A stretch of DNA of 64,000 nucleotides, taken from Eledone cirrhosa (Eukaryota). A model generated the notes under the pieces. It was given only the letters and a program-made list of their open reading frames with translations, searched no databases and had not been told where the DNA came from. The position numbers and the translations under genes are program-made. The stretch lies in assembly GCA_964016885.1 (NCBI GenBank), contig OZ024742.1, positions 272,118,001-272,182,000 of the forward strand, written 5' to 3'. Of this stretch, positions 49,943 through 61,585 are shown one piece after another (position 1 is the first letter of the stretch; every line of letters starts with the position of its first letter).

Positions 49943-52220
49943 TTTCTTTATTGGCCACAAGGGCTGACATCAAGAAAAACATTACAGACGGCAGAAGACG
50001 GTACAATGTGGGTTTTGTGCGTGTAAATATTTTTATTATTTATATAAGAAAAGAAAAAAAGGACATAGAAACATATATATATATAAACATAAAAATGAAA
50101 ATTGAAACAATGAAAAATTCCCCAGTTGAGGGGAAACCTCCGAGGGTTACTCGTGGCGAAAACCACACAAAAGGCCACGGCCACCCTGACCACCAGGGCA
50201 AGCGCCCTCTCTCAATGTTTGCATATCTCAAACTACAGATGTATATTCAGAGCGGTCCCGTTAACTCGGACCATTCTCGCTACATTCACCCACCTTTCAA
50301 CAAACTTGCTAGAAGGCAGCACTTGCCTCTCCACCCTGATTTTCCTCTTCAAGTGAAACTTGAAAAAGTTAATTAGGGATTCGCTGAAGGGGAAAGTGTC
50401 TGTCTTTAACCCTTTCAACCTTGTCCACCACACAATCTCTTTCGCCATGGACACCAGGCAGATGAAAACCGCCTGCCCTTCCTCCTCGAAAGAAGACCGC
50501 GAGACCATCTGCACAATGGACTCAGTCGATAACCGGATCAGTCCTACACGCGACAGCAACTGGTCGACATAACTCCACAAGTCAGCAATACTCGGGCACT
50601 GAACAAGTGCGTGCACGACGGTTTCGTCGCTCTGCGTGCATCTCGGACAGGCTCGGCTGACGGCACTTCCGTTCCTTTAGAGCTTATCTCCAACCAGCAG
50701 CGCTCCCCGGTAGCACTGCCAGGCCAGGGATTTGGGGAAGTTATCCATAGGCTCTGGGCTGAAAGTTCTCTGGAAGAGAGCAAACAGCTGATCTTCTTCG
50801 ACGCCCAGGATCTCTCCGAGAACGTCGTCGGTCTTCCCCTCCACTAGTCCTCTATAGTACTCCGAGGTGGATACTGGTGCCCAGCTGAAAGAGGGCAGCG
50901 AGCGCCTGGAAACATTCCAATTTCCAAGCGCTATCCCTCGGTCTTTTTCTGACCCAGGACTGCAGCACCGTCAAGGAGACGAGCTGTGGGAAAACGTGCC
51001 TGGCGAATGGCGACCACACCTGTTCACCGTCAAGGAAGCACCAGAGATGTTGCAGCCTAAGCGCATATTTGCGCATCACCAGCCATGGCATGCCCAGTCC
51101 TTCACGCAACGGGTGTTGACAGCAGATGGATCGTCTGACCATGAGGCGCGTCCCTTCCACAAAAAGTGGAAGAGGAGTCGCTCCATTTTGGTGAGAGTTG
51201 GGCCGGAGTAAGGGACAACGGTGAGGCGGTAGCAGATGACGGATGCGATGTACGCATTCGCCACCTCCGCCCGGCCTTTCAGGGACAGCTCGGTCAATTT
51301 CTGGGTGAGGGAGGCCACCTTGCTCACGTTGACGGACGTCATGGACTTGCCTCTCCAGGTGCCAAGCTGCAATCCCACCGACTTTTCCTGGTTTATCTTT
51401 GCTCCTGTCACCGCTTCGTATTCCTTGAGAGCGGTGCCGAGCATCTGGATGTGTCTGGTGCTCCACAGCAATAACGTGAAGCCGTCGGCGTAAGCCGACT
51501 CGGATTTCACGCATTTTATCTCTCGTGGGACGCCCCTCATCGCCCCCAGTTTGTGCAGTAACGGCTCGAGAGCCAATACGTAGAAGAGGGACGAGAGGAA
51601 CATCCTTGGCGGACTGAGCGCATGATGCTGAACGGCTGCGACAGGTCACCGTTCACCCTTACAACTGAGCAGCTGTCGGTGTACATCGCAGCGACCCGAC
51701 CACTGAAAACGGGCCCGTTTCTGTTGTTATGGCTGTTGTTATTATTGTTGTTTTTTGTTGATACTGTTCCTACTGTTATTGATGTTGTAGCAGTTGTTAT
51801 TGTCATTGTTATGGTCTCTCTCGACCCCATCGCTGTTATTTTTGTTGTTGCTGTTGTCATTGATAGTGTTGTTGCCGGTGTTATTCTTAGTGTTATTTAT
51901 GTTAGTACTATTTGGTATTTTTAAATCTGAAACAATATCTCTAAAAATGATATTGTTTTTCTTTTCCTTCTTAACGATCTCTTTTGTATTCTTCTTCGCT
52001 AGCACGCTGTCTTGTTGACATATTGACTAAGTCTCCCTCTCTCTGAGTTAACTGACAGCGCTCTGTTTCTCTTGTTTGTGTTATCCATGTTTGAACGAAT
52101 TATTTACGATTGGGTTACTACTTCTAAACTCTTATCAAATTTCAAACTGGAATAAAAGGTTGAAATCGATGAATACTGTTGAAAAAAACTGGAGCCGATA
52201 AGAAGTGAGGCTTCACCTTC
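49911..52220 (-). mobile_element. Tx1 subfamily B copy F with a large internal deletion (RT joined to the ORF1 N-terminus at ~51717)
   Basis: (AAT)n tail at 49911-49940 and a B-type 3' UTR. RT fragments (SAYADGF, LSLKGRAEVANAYIASV) switch abruptly to Asn-rich ORF1 sequence, followed by a putative 5' UTR up to 52220. Confidence 0.85.
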
Positions 52221-52238
52221 AATAATAATAATAATAAT

Positions 52239-52368
52239 AATTATTATTATTATTATTTCTACTATTTGCAAAAGGCCAGAAATTACCCAATACATTACTG
52301 GTACTTTATTTTATCGACCCCGTAAGGATGAAAGGCAAAGTTAACCTTAGCGGGATTTGAACTCATAG
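52239..52368 (-). mobile_element. 5'-truncated tRNA-SINE inserted into a Tx1 tail, with a 21-bp TSD
   Basis: SINE body flanked by TTC(AAT)6 at 52218-52238 and 52369-52389. Confidence 0.85.
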
Positions 52369-52371
52369 TTC

Positions 52372-53156
52372 AATAATAATAATAATAATGCTTTCTTTAT
52401 TAACCACAAGTGTTTACACAAAGTAGACATTAAGGACAGTACAGGACAATACAGGACGGTACAAAAGGGCATTTCTGCGTGTAAAAAAAAACAAGAAACA
52501 GAGGATATAATAATAGAACAATGAAAAAATTCCCCAATACGGGGGAGACTTCCGAGGGACATTCGTGGAGAAAGCCCATTAAAAAGACACAGTGACCCTG
52601 ACCACCAGGGCAAGTTCTCTCTCCCAGTTTTCCACCTTTAATTTACAGACACATACTCAGAGTAGGCCCATTCACTCGGCCTATTCTTGCCTCTCTCACC
52701 CATCTTTGAACAAAATGCTGGGAACAGAGCACTTCTCTCTCTACCCTGATTTTCCTTTTCAAAAGAAATTTGAAAAAGTTTATCAGGGCATCACCGAAGA
52801 GGTAAGTGCTCGTCTTCAGCCCTTTCAAACGTGTCCACCATACTATCTCTTTCGCCATGGCCACCAGACAGATAAAAACTGCCTGCCCTTCACGGCTAAA
52901 GGAAGAGGGCGGGGCAATCCTCACGATGGACTCAGCTGATAGCTGGATCTATCCTACACGCGACAGCAGGTGTTCGACATAAACCCACAAGTCAGCAATG
53001 CTCGTACACTGGACGAATGCGTGCAGGACGATTTCGTCGCCCTGCGCGCATCTCGGACATGCCCGGCTGACGGCACCTCCATGCCTCTAGAGTTTATCCC
53101 GAACTGGCAAAGCTCCTCGGTAGCACTGCCAGGCCAGGTATTTCTGGAAGTTGTCC
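52372..53156 (-). mobile_element. Tx1 subfamily A copy G, 3' fragment
   Basis: Parallels 301-856. ORF 52643-52924 reads MRIAPPSSFSREGQAVFICLVAMAKEIVWW. Confidence 0.88.
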
Positions 53157-53432
53157 TAATTCACAATTAGCAGAAAGGGTGTAAACGAGGCTCATATGGC
53201 TGTAAAGATCAGCTTTTGATTAACAAAATGATATTGGAATATTGTCATAATAGACACAAATATCTATCAATTGCTTGGATAGACTATAAAAAAACATTCA
53301 ATAGTTTTCCCCACAGTTGGATTGAATGCAAGGAATAGGATCGATGCCATAAACACGCTTGCCAGTGGTAACATACCAGTAGTAACCTACATTTACAATG
53401 TCATCAACTGGTCAAGCACAGATATCCGTAGG
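53157..53432 (+). mobile_element. Internally deleted R4/Dong-type RT fragment
   Basis: Translates as [51 protein letters not shown], then [13 protein letters not shown]...PVVTY...VINWS. These are R4/Dong-type RT motifs. Confidence 0.75.
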
Positions 53433-56278
53433 TCAATACTTACAAGGGGAGGAGAGAGGGCACCATTGCCGGACCGATCAAGTGATCTGAAACGGTTTTG
53501 AGAGGTGGTAATTAAATCTGACTACTGAACAGATGCCGCTGCGCATTGCAGCGATCCAGCTTCTGAAGACGTGCCCGAAGCCAACTGCCTTCAGGATACC
53601 TTCAATTTACAGGCACATACTCAGACTAGGCTCATTTACTTGGGCCATGCTTGTCTCCCCCACACATCTTTCCACAAATTGCTGGGAGGAGCGCACTTCC
53701 CTGTACACCCTGATCTTCTTTTCAAATGAAATTTGAAAAAGTTAATCAGGACATAACCGAATAAGTAAGTGCTCGTCTTCAACAATTTCAGAGGCATGCA
53801 CCATATGACTTTTAATACCACGGTCACCAGTCAGATAAACTACCTGCCCTTACCGGTTAAAGGAAGGCGGCGGGGCAATCCTCAATATAGACTCAGCTGA
53901 TAGCCGGATCCGTCCTACAGGCGACAGCAGGTGTTCGACATAAACCCACATGTCAGCAAGGCTCGGACACTGGACGACTGCGTGCAGGACGTCTCGTCAC
54001 TATGCGCGCATCTCGGACAGACCAGGCCGACGGCATTTCCAGGCCTGTAGAGATTATCCCGAACTGGCAAATCTCGCCGGTAGGACTGCCAAAGCAGGGA
54101 TATCAGGAGGTTGTCCATAGGCGCCGGCCCGAAAGTTCTTCCGAAGAGATTGGCTAGTTCATTTTCGTCGACGCCCGTAGTCTCCTGAAGAACGTCGTCA
54201 CTATTTCCCTCTACTAATACTCTATAGAACGCGGAAGTGGAGTTTCCAGCGATCGCGTTGCCCGATTAGTCGAGGGCTGTAAGCGCCTGAAGATATTCCA
54301 GTCTCTAAACGTCATCGCTTGACCCACGACTGAAGCTCCGTCAAGGATACGAGCTGGGGAAACACACGTCTAGCAAACGGCGACCACACATGATCACCAT
54401 CGATAAAGAGTTTTTGTCCGCCTGGAGGTCCGGGCTTAACAAGACGCTGTTGGACAGCATGGACCTGCCTCTCCAGGTCCGTAGCTTTAGGCCCACTGAC
54501 TATTCCTGGTTAATCTTTGCTCCTGTCACCGCCTCGTATTCTTTCAGTGTATTTCCGATCGCCTCGATGTGTTTGGCATTCGACACCACTACGGTGACAT
54601 CGTTGGCATACCTCTTAGCTAGCACATCGGTAAAAATGTTGAACTCTGCGTTTAGCAGAATTATGGGCGTGAAGGTGCCTATATTGTCCACCTTGTTCGG
54701 GTCCTTTCTCAGCATCGCTACCGCTCCTCATATCTCAGAGATGGGAATTCTCACGTTCTGCTGCCAGTTGCAGTAGACATTCGACTAGAGGACGCTAACA
54801 AAATTGGCATATATACGTAAAGCACGTAGGGCAAACGATCCAAACCAGGCAATTTACCCCGTGTGCAGGCAGTCATTGCTACCCGTATTTTAGCGGCTGT
54901 TATCGGCTTTTTCAACACTCCGCCACTGTAGCCGAGAGCGGCGGTAGGCGCTAAAGTCTATCCTGCGATCAGATCCACCTCTGCCTCCGAACAGCTGAAA
55001 AGCAGCACATATTTGCTTGAGTTCGAGTAACATTCGCCAGTCATGGTCCTCCAATGTTGCCAAGACGTGCCTCAGCACTCGGGCCCATTGAACGGCTTTT
55101 GTCCCGACGTTCCTGAGAGCACGTACTCTTGCTTTGCGTTGAAGAATTGGTCGAGGGACAATATCGCTGCATGTACGTCGGTCGCGATGACTTTATTAAC
55201 TGCCTCGTCTAATTTTCTAACTAGTTCTCCCTCTGCTCTATTTTTCCCTCTTGCTAACGCCTTACTAAACCTAATGGATTCCATTCTAATCCCTCTTTTG
55301 AGGGTGAACCACCATTTGTTGTTGACGATGGCCCCCGTCAACGCCAACTTAACTAGTTTGCTAATGCGGTCTATGTAGGCCTTGCGCGCTGCCACCGCCA
55401 CGTTTTTGACTCCAGTAGCCAGGTCCCTGTCTATGAAGCCTATCTATATCGACCACACTGGTCACGAATTTGTGGTCTGTGTAGCCGACTATATTGAATT
55501 GTGGACAACTATGCTAGAACTATCTATTCTATTTCCTTATACAATACTGTATCTAGATACGATCTGGATGATCCGATGATTGTCTTTCCATGGCCACATT
55601 GGCACATTCGGGAAATCCAGTCGGTAACTGTCAGACAGGTGGAAACGTTTGATCAGGTTTGCGAGGTTTTTACACCATTCTCCCCTATCCTCTAATCCCA
55701 CACAATCTGAGCGTGCATCCAAGATCTCGTTCCAATCAGCCACTAACATTAAAGAGTGGGACGTTCCTAGGAAGGTCCCCAGTCACCTGAAGAAATAAGG
55801 ACGTCCTGTCCCTGTCGGGGCAAAAACAGCAACTAGCCTTCGCTGCTTGTGATGTCCAGCACCAACGACTTCCCTTCTGATTTCAGGACGATGATCCATA
55901 TCACGAGATCCAGGCCTCTCCGAAACAACGCATTGACTCCACCTCCCGATCTCGGCCGGTTTGGAGATTTGTTCACATCGTAACCGCCGAACAGAAGTTG
56001 AAAAGGATGAGAAAGACCATTTACCTCAGTCCCTGTGGAGGAAGGATGTTTTTTTAGTCCTTCTGACTGTTTTCGGCCCCTACCGGAAGTCTTTGCCGGA
56101 AGTGTTTGCCGGAAGTCTCCGATGTCCTCTAGGAATTTTAATTTTAGTGTTGTGTATGTTTTCTATGTGATACGAGTGATGTGCATGTGTGTGTGTGGTG
56201 TGAATTTTTTGGACTGTTTATGTGATGCTGGTGTTGTGTCGGATGTATTGTAATAATTGGTTGTTGTTCAAATTTAAT

Positions 56279-56454
56279 TGTTTCTACTTTAGGCACAAGG
56301 CCAGAAATTACCCAGTGCATTAATGGTACTTTATTTTATCGACCCCGTAAGGATGAAAGGCAAAGTCAACCTCGGCAAGATTTGAACTCAGATCGTAAAT
56401 GGACGTAACTATGCTGGAAAGCATGGCGTCCGACCATCTACCGATACTGCCAAT
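56279..56454 (-). mobile_element. tRNA-SINE (first of two adjacent copies)
   Basis: Near full-length. Flanked by TTGTTGTTCAAATTTAAT (56261-56278) and TTGTTGTTCAAATGTAAT (56462-56479). Confidence 0.85.
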
Positions 56455-56479
56455 AATACCATTGTTGTTCAAATGTAAT

Positions 56480-56660
56480 TGTTTCTACTTTAGGCACAAG
56501 GCCAGCAATTAACCAGTGCATTATTGGTACTTTATTTTATCGACCCCGTAAAGATGAAAGGCAAAGTCAACCTCGGCGGGATTTGAACTCAGATCGTAAA
56601 GCGACGTAACTATGCTGGAAAGCATGGCGTCCGACCCTCTACCGATACTGCCAATCCACC
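56480..56660 (-). mobile_element. tRNA-SINE (second adjacent copy, full length)
   Basis: Head GGTGGATTGGCAGTATCGGTAGA (A-box-like) and B-box GAGTTCAAATCCC. Followed on + by GTTCAAATTTAAT (56661-56673), a further copy of the target. Confidence 0.88.
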
Positions 56661-58193
56661 GTTCAAATTTAATGCTGTGTAGTGTGTATGGGTTTGGTTG
56701 CTTTGTTTTGTTTGCCTTTGTTGTGTGTTCTTTTTTCTGCTTCGCTTGTTGGTGTTTTCTGTGGTGTTGGTGATGGTAGTTTTAGGGTTGGTGATGGTGA
56801 GGATGTTGGTGTTTGTGGTGATGGGGTTGGTGATGCTGATATGGGAGGTGGCGTATCTGTCTTCAACATTTGTTAGTTTGTTTTTTTCTTTCACTCACTA
56901 TTTTGTTTTCGAAGGGCAATGAAAGAGGGTTATCTTCTTTTCTGTTTTTTTTTTTCCAGATACAGTTTCCGACTCCTCCTTCTCGTCACACTCTTTCTCC
57001 GATTGTGAGAGGTCGGGGAGTGGAATTTCCTCCACAGGCGTTGGTGTTGGTTGTGACGTGGTGGCTGGTTGAGGCGCTAGTGCTAATTCTGGTGCGGTGG
57101 GCGGTGGTGGTGTTGGTCCTGCCACTGTAACTGCTAAAGTTGCTGCTGTCGTTGCTGCTACACTGGTTGCTGCAATTTCTTCTGTTGGCTTTGATGGTTG
57201 AATCATTGGGTTGGGCAGGATATGTGGGCTCAACATTTTTAGCCATCCCCTGAGGGCATAAGGCCTTTAAGTGGGTTCCCTTGGCAAAAACGACACATCT
57301 AGTCCTTCTACCCTCAACGATTACCGTTAGTTGGCTGAAGTCGTTGAGGTCTATTATCTATAGTATCTCTTGGATCCTTTGTTTATCCGCTTGGATATGG
57401 AGCTCCATTCCAGATCCGGACCAGTTTTCCTATTTTACTCTAATCACGTCGATCACTTTGTGTCCGCCTCTATGTCGGCGAGGACGACAACCATCAGTCA
57501 GGGAATTTCAATGGCCGGCGGAAACTGGGTCAGCCTGATTCTTATCAGCCTATGACCACAGTAGCTTGGGCCGAGTGTGAACTCTTCATTTTTTAATGAG
57601 GCCATGGAGTGCTCTCTGGATTCCTGTGGTCTTCCAAAGAACATGTTGTTGATACGCTAGAGCTGCTCTCAGCAGATTTGGGTAGCCGAATGCCGTCCAT
57701 ATTAAAAATAAATTTTTGTTAGACAAAATAAGGTTTAAAGATCGGGCCCAAGTTCCCAATATTATTGATGTCTTTTTCAGATAGTATTATATATGAACGT
57801 ATAAAGACTTAACCACAACATTTTCCATAGGTAGCCCTAGGAATCATCAGTGCTCATTGAAATCATAAACAATTATTATAATGACAAAACACTCAACAAC
57901 AGAGGCATTTTATTATAAAAGATAATATGGATTAGGTTACCAACTCCGTAGCAGGTTCGCAGAACAAGATGTCAAATACGTTACAATGACTAAATGTTTT
58001 TTAAACAACAGTAATTTCCCGATTATGAATTCAACTTTATCGATGCAATATCCATGCTGGCCAAAATAATTTCATCTATGTAATCAAGATTAAAGAATAA
58101 TTGCTGTAGAATTATCCTTATACACAAAACACATAAATGTACAAGGAGTGAATAGATAAATAAATAAATATATAGATAAATATATAGTGAAAA

Positions 58194-58302
58194 CGCGTAG
58201 CTGAGTAGTTTAAAAATGATATTCGCAATCGTGGGGTTGTGAGTTCGATTCACGGATCAAGTGATGCGTTATGTCCTTAAGCAAGACACTATTTCACGTT
58301 GC
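58194..58302 (+). mobile_element. Old tRNA-derived, CORE-like SINE remnant
   Basis: A-box-like GTAGCTGAGTAG, B-box-like GAGTTCGATTC, then TGTCCTTAAGCAAGACACT resembling the CORE motif. Confidence 0.55.
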
Positions 58303-59369
58303 GACCGATATATAGTAGTATCACTTGGAAAGACCAATCGAAACATTTTCCTTGGTCCGATTTGACGAATGTCGATCGAATCCCCTTAAATTAATGTTTA
58401 CATTAGTAAAGGGATTATATAGAGTCTATAAAAGGGATCAAATAATCAATAATAATTCATTAGATGTAAAAAAGAATTAGGAAAATATAATAATATATAC
58501 ATATAATATAAAACTGTATATTTTAAATTTACATTTATGCGATATAATGAGTAAGTTAGGTTATTTAAGTGAACATACCGGTGTTAAAATTGGACAGTAT
58601 AATTTATATTATGATAATATTAAAAAGGTTTCTTAATTAATTAATTATTTAATTTGTAATAAATGCGTAAAAAATAAAAATAAAGATGATATTCAAATAC
58701 TAATTATATGAAAGTATAAATATTGGAAGGTGGTTAATCAGAGATTATATGTTTATGATAATATTATTATATAATATAAATTAAATTGTATAAATTAATG
58801 TTTATTTATTGTTGGGGTATATACAATTGATCTATATGTACATATGAAAACAAATTGTTTTGTTTCCTATATGTTTGAACAGTAATAACAACAATAATAG
58901 TAATAATCATCAATATTATTACCATTAATATTACATCATAATTACAACCATAGATACAATGATTCAATCAGTAGAATGAATTGTATGTGGCTCTGTGTAT
59001 GTATGTATGTGTGTGTCCTTTTGTGCATATGCGCGTGTATGTGTGTGTGTGTGCATGTTTGCATATGTACGTCATGTTGTTATGGTTCAGTAAGACGCCG
59101 GATACTTGAATTTATTTTGAATACATATATTTCGTTTTATTTATTCCTGTGTGGTATGCGCGCGCGTGTGTGAGTGTGTATGTGTGTATATGTGTGTGTG
59201 TATAGCAATAAACCATTTATTCACTTCTCCGCTCGGATGTAGAAAAATGTGTGATAACATAATAATTGCAATATTATTAACAACAAGAATGATAATAAAT
59301 CCATTAGCAAGGCGAAGAATGTTACATGGTCATATGTTTCTGTGGATATTCTTTGGCAAATATGTTTTG

Positions 59370-61020
59370 TTGGATTTTTATTCACACGTTATTTGTACGT
59401 TTGAACATATATATTTCCTATATTTATTCCCGTTTGATATGCGGTATAATCTCAACAAGGGTATAGTGGGAAAGCCTGGAACTTAGGAGATTTGTTTGTT
59501 GCACATAAGTGATATTAGTCTTGTGACGTGTTCACGTACTTGTTGGCGATATATTATCGTTATGATTCTGAGGGTGACATGTTTTATCAAGAAACTTTGT
59601 TCTGATTTACATTTATATAGTGTCTCCAATGTTGTTAATTCAAGTTTAACAATTAGGATAACTGCAATGTTTACTGTTGGTGTTGGGCTTATGGTGGGTT
59701 ATATGATGGTGGTGAGTAGTCTTTTAAGCGATGTTTTGCCTTTAATTATTCCGTGTGTTTCGAGTACTATTTCCATTCTTGGGTCTAGACTAATGTGACA
59801 GAACATTGGATGTATCTGAAGTTATTTTTTCTTTTCGTAATACTTGATTATCTATTGCATTATCATATTTTATTTCATTGTCTATTTATAATGATGGTTA
59901 TTGTCTTTCGAGTAACATTTATTTTAGTTCTTGGAATGTTTTATTCCGAATTTTATAAGTTTGAGACTTTGCACTAATTCTTCTTTCTAGATTAATATTT
60001 GCCTTTAGCTGAATAGTAAGTATTATTTAGACTCTGTTCAGGCGGTGGATTGGCAGTATCGGTAGAGAGTCGGACACCATGCTTTGACGCATAGAGTTAC
60101 GGCCCTTGCCATTCTGAGTTCAAATCCCGCCGAGGTTAACTTTGCCTTTCATCCTTACGGGGTCGATAAAATAAAGTACCAGTAATGTACTGGATAATTG
60201 CGGCCTTGTGCCTAAAATAGAAACAATTATTTAGACTCTGTTGCTTTGTTGTGATCTCAGTTTCAATATTTGTGTCTTTTTTCTATAATCAGAATGTCTT
60301 GGAAATTGATTTGGTTTTGACATTATTCCATTCATAATTGGAAATTATCGTTGAGTGTGTGAACCCAGAGAATAGGCAGTTATCGAAGAAACGTTTCAAT
60401 TTGCCTAAAAACTTGTTTGTGGAATTTCAGATGACATTTAAATCTGAATTGTTCTTATTTCAGGATTTCCAAGTCAGCTTGTCATGAATATAATTGTGTA
60501 AGTCAAGAGTAATGTTTGTGCTAATCGTAGTACATGATATTTTTTTTATAAATATTGATATTTAAACTAAAAAATGCTTTGTAGAATAAACATTATTACC
60601 TCGGTGAAGATACACCTTTTTCTTTGTTCTTTCCGGGACCGTATTAAGGAATGGTTAGAGCTAGGGTCTTATTGCTTGTAGTCCGTATAGGCGTGCGGTC
60701 GTATTGCAATGGTGTTCTATGACAAAATATACAATAACAGTATCTCTGTTGACGTGTTAAGACAGGTGTTTTAAGAGATCCAGTTCATCACTTATAAGGT
60801 TTTATATATATTTGAGAAATGGTGTCATTAGTATGTCTAAATATTTGCTGAGACAGTGTGTTTCACAATGTGGGTCCGCTTAATTTAGGGTTTGTTAAAT
60901 TAAAGTGGATTATTTACAGTCATCATTAATTTTGTTGCTGTAAGGTATTTTGGGAATTTCGAAAGATTCCAAGTTTTCAATTAATAACAATCTAGTCACA
61001 ATCTTTTATTGTTAAGCATT
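59370..61020 (-). pseudogene. Decayed Penelope-like element (PLE) ORF: RT plus GIY-YIG endonuclease C-terminal region
   Basis: Manual minus-strand translations: FEIPKIP (cf. FYGLPKIH), GPHCETHCLSKYLDILMTPFLKYI, LKRFFDNCLF (cf. WxRYLDDCF), QINFQDILI (cf. IPFLDILI), IYRQQVRE, CATNKSPKFQAFPLY. Many stops and frameshifts. Confidence 0.7.
60039..60225 (+). mobile_element. Full-length tRNA-derived SINE with a 17-bp TSD
   Basis: GGCGGTGGATTGGCAGTATCGGTAGA...GAGTTCAAATCCCGCC...AGAAACAAT. The TSD ATTATTTAGACTCTGTT is at 60022-60038 and 60226-60242. Confidence 0.92.
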
Positions 61021-61347
61021 TTTTTATGATGGCAGACGATTAAGTATAATAATCGGTATACAAAATATACATACTTATATGTATACAGCTATGTTGGATC
61101 ACAAAACTTAATACTATTTCTTGCTAAGGCCGAGCCACCCTATAGCTCCGGATACAAATGAGTTTAATGAGCCCATATATATAGGCGTCAAAACAACAAG
61201 TTTGCGCGAATACTGAGTTCCAGCAAACAGCGAGATAAAACGGAACATTACATTGATAACGACCATACGTCAGAAACAGTCGTCGTTAATCATCTTCTTC
61301 TGCTGAAACTCGCTTGATGACGCCCCGTGACTAAATTACAAATTCCT

Positions 61348-61363
61348 AGGTAGTCTTTGAAAT

Positions 61364-61404
<41 letters not shown>
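61348..61404. repeat. (AT)n microsatellite
   Basis: Direct reading. Confidence 0.95.
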
Positions 61405-61407
<3 letters not shown>

Positions 61408-61507
61408 TATTGAAATTTCCGTTGGGAACAGAAAAGGTTATAGAAGTGAAGAGTGCTCTATGTAATTATCAGAGCAAAATTTAATGTATAAAAATCAATA
61501 CAATATA

Positions 61508-61585
61508 ATTACCTCATTACCAGAAGTTTCCCGAATGAGGCGAATACGAAAGAAACGTCTTCATTCGTTCGTCAGACGAGGCAAT
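61508..61585 (-). ncRNA. Type I hammerhead ribozyme motif (second family)
   Basis: AUUGCCUCGU|CUGACGA|aCGAAUGA...UCAUUCGg|GAAA|CUUCUGG|UA^|AUGAGGUAAU. Stem I is 10 bp and stem II is 7 bp with a mismatched first pair. The cleavage triplet is GUA. Confidence 0.72.

Larger units (their letters stand above)
53598..57830 (-). mobile_element. Older A-related Tx1 copy H, with multiple deletions
   Basis: Collinear diverged ORF2 fragments (CPRCAHSDET, YANDVTVVVSNAKH, LVADWNEILD), ORF1 fragments (PTPVEEIPLPDLSQ) and 5' UTR remnants. Confidence 0.82.

Noticed and set aside
60041-60132. tRNA gene
   Set aside because: A and B boxes are present, but there is no cloverleaf. It is followed by a SINE body and flanked by a TSD.
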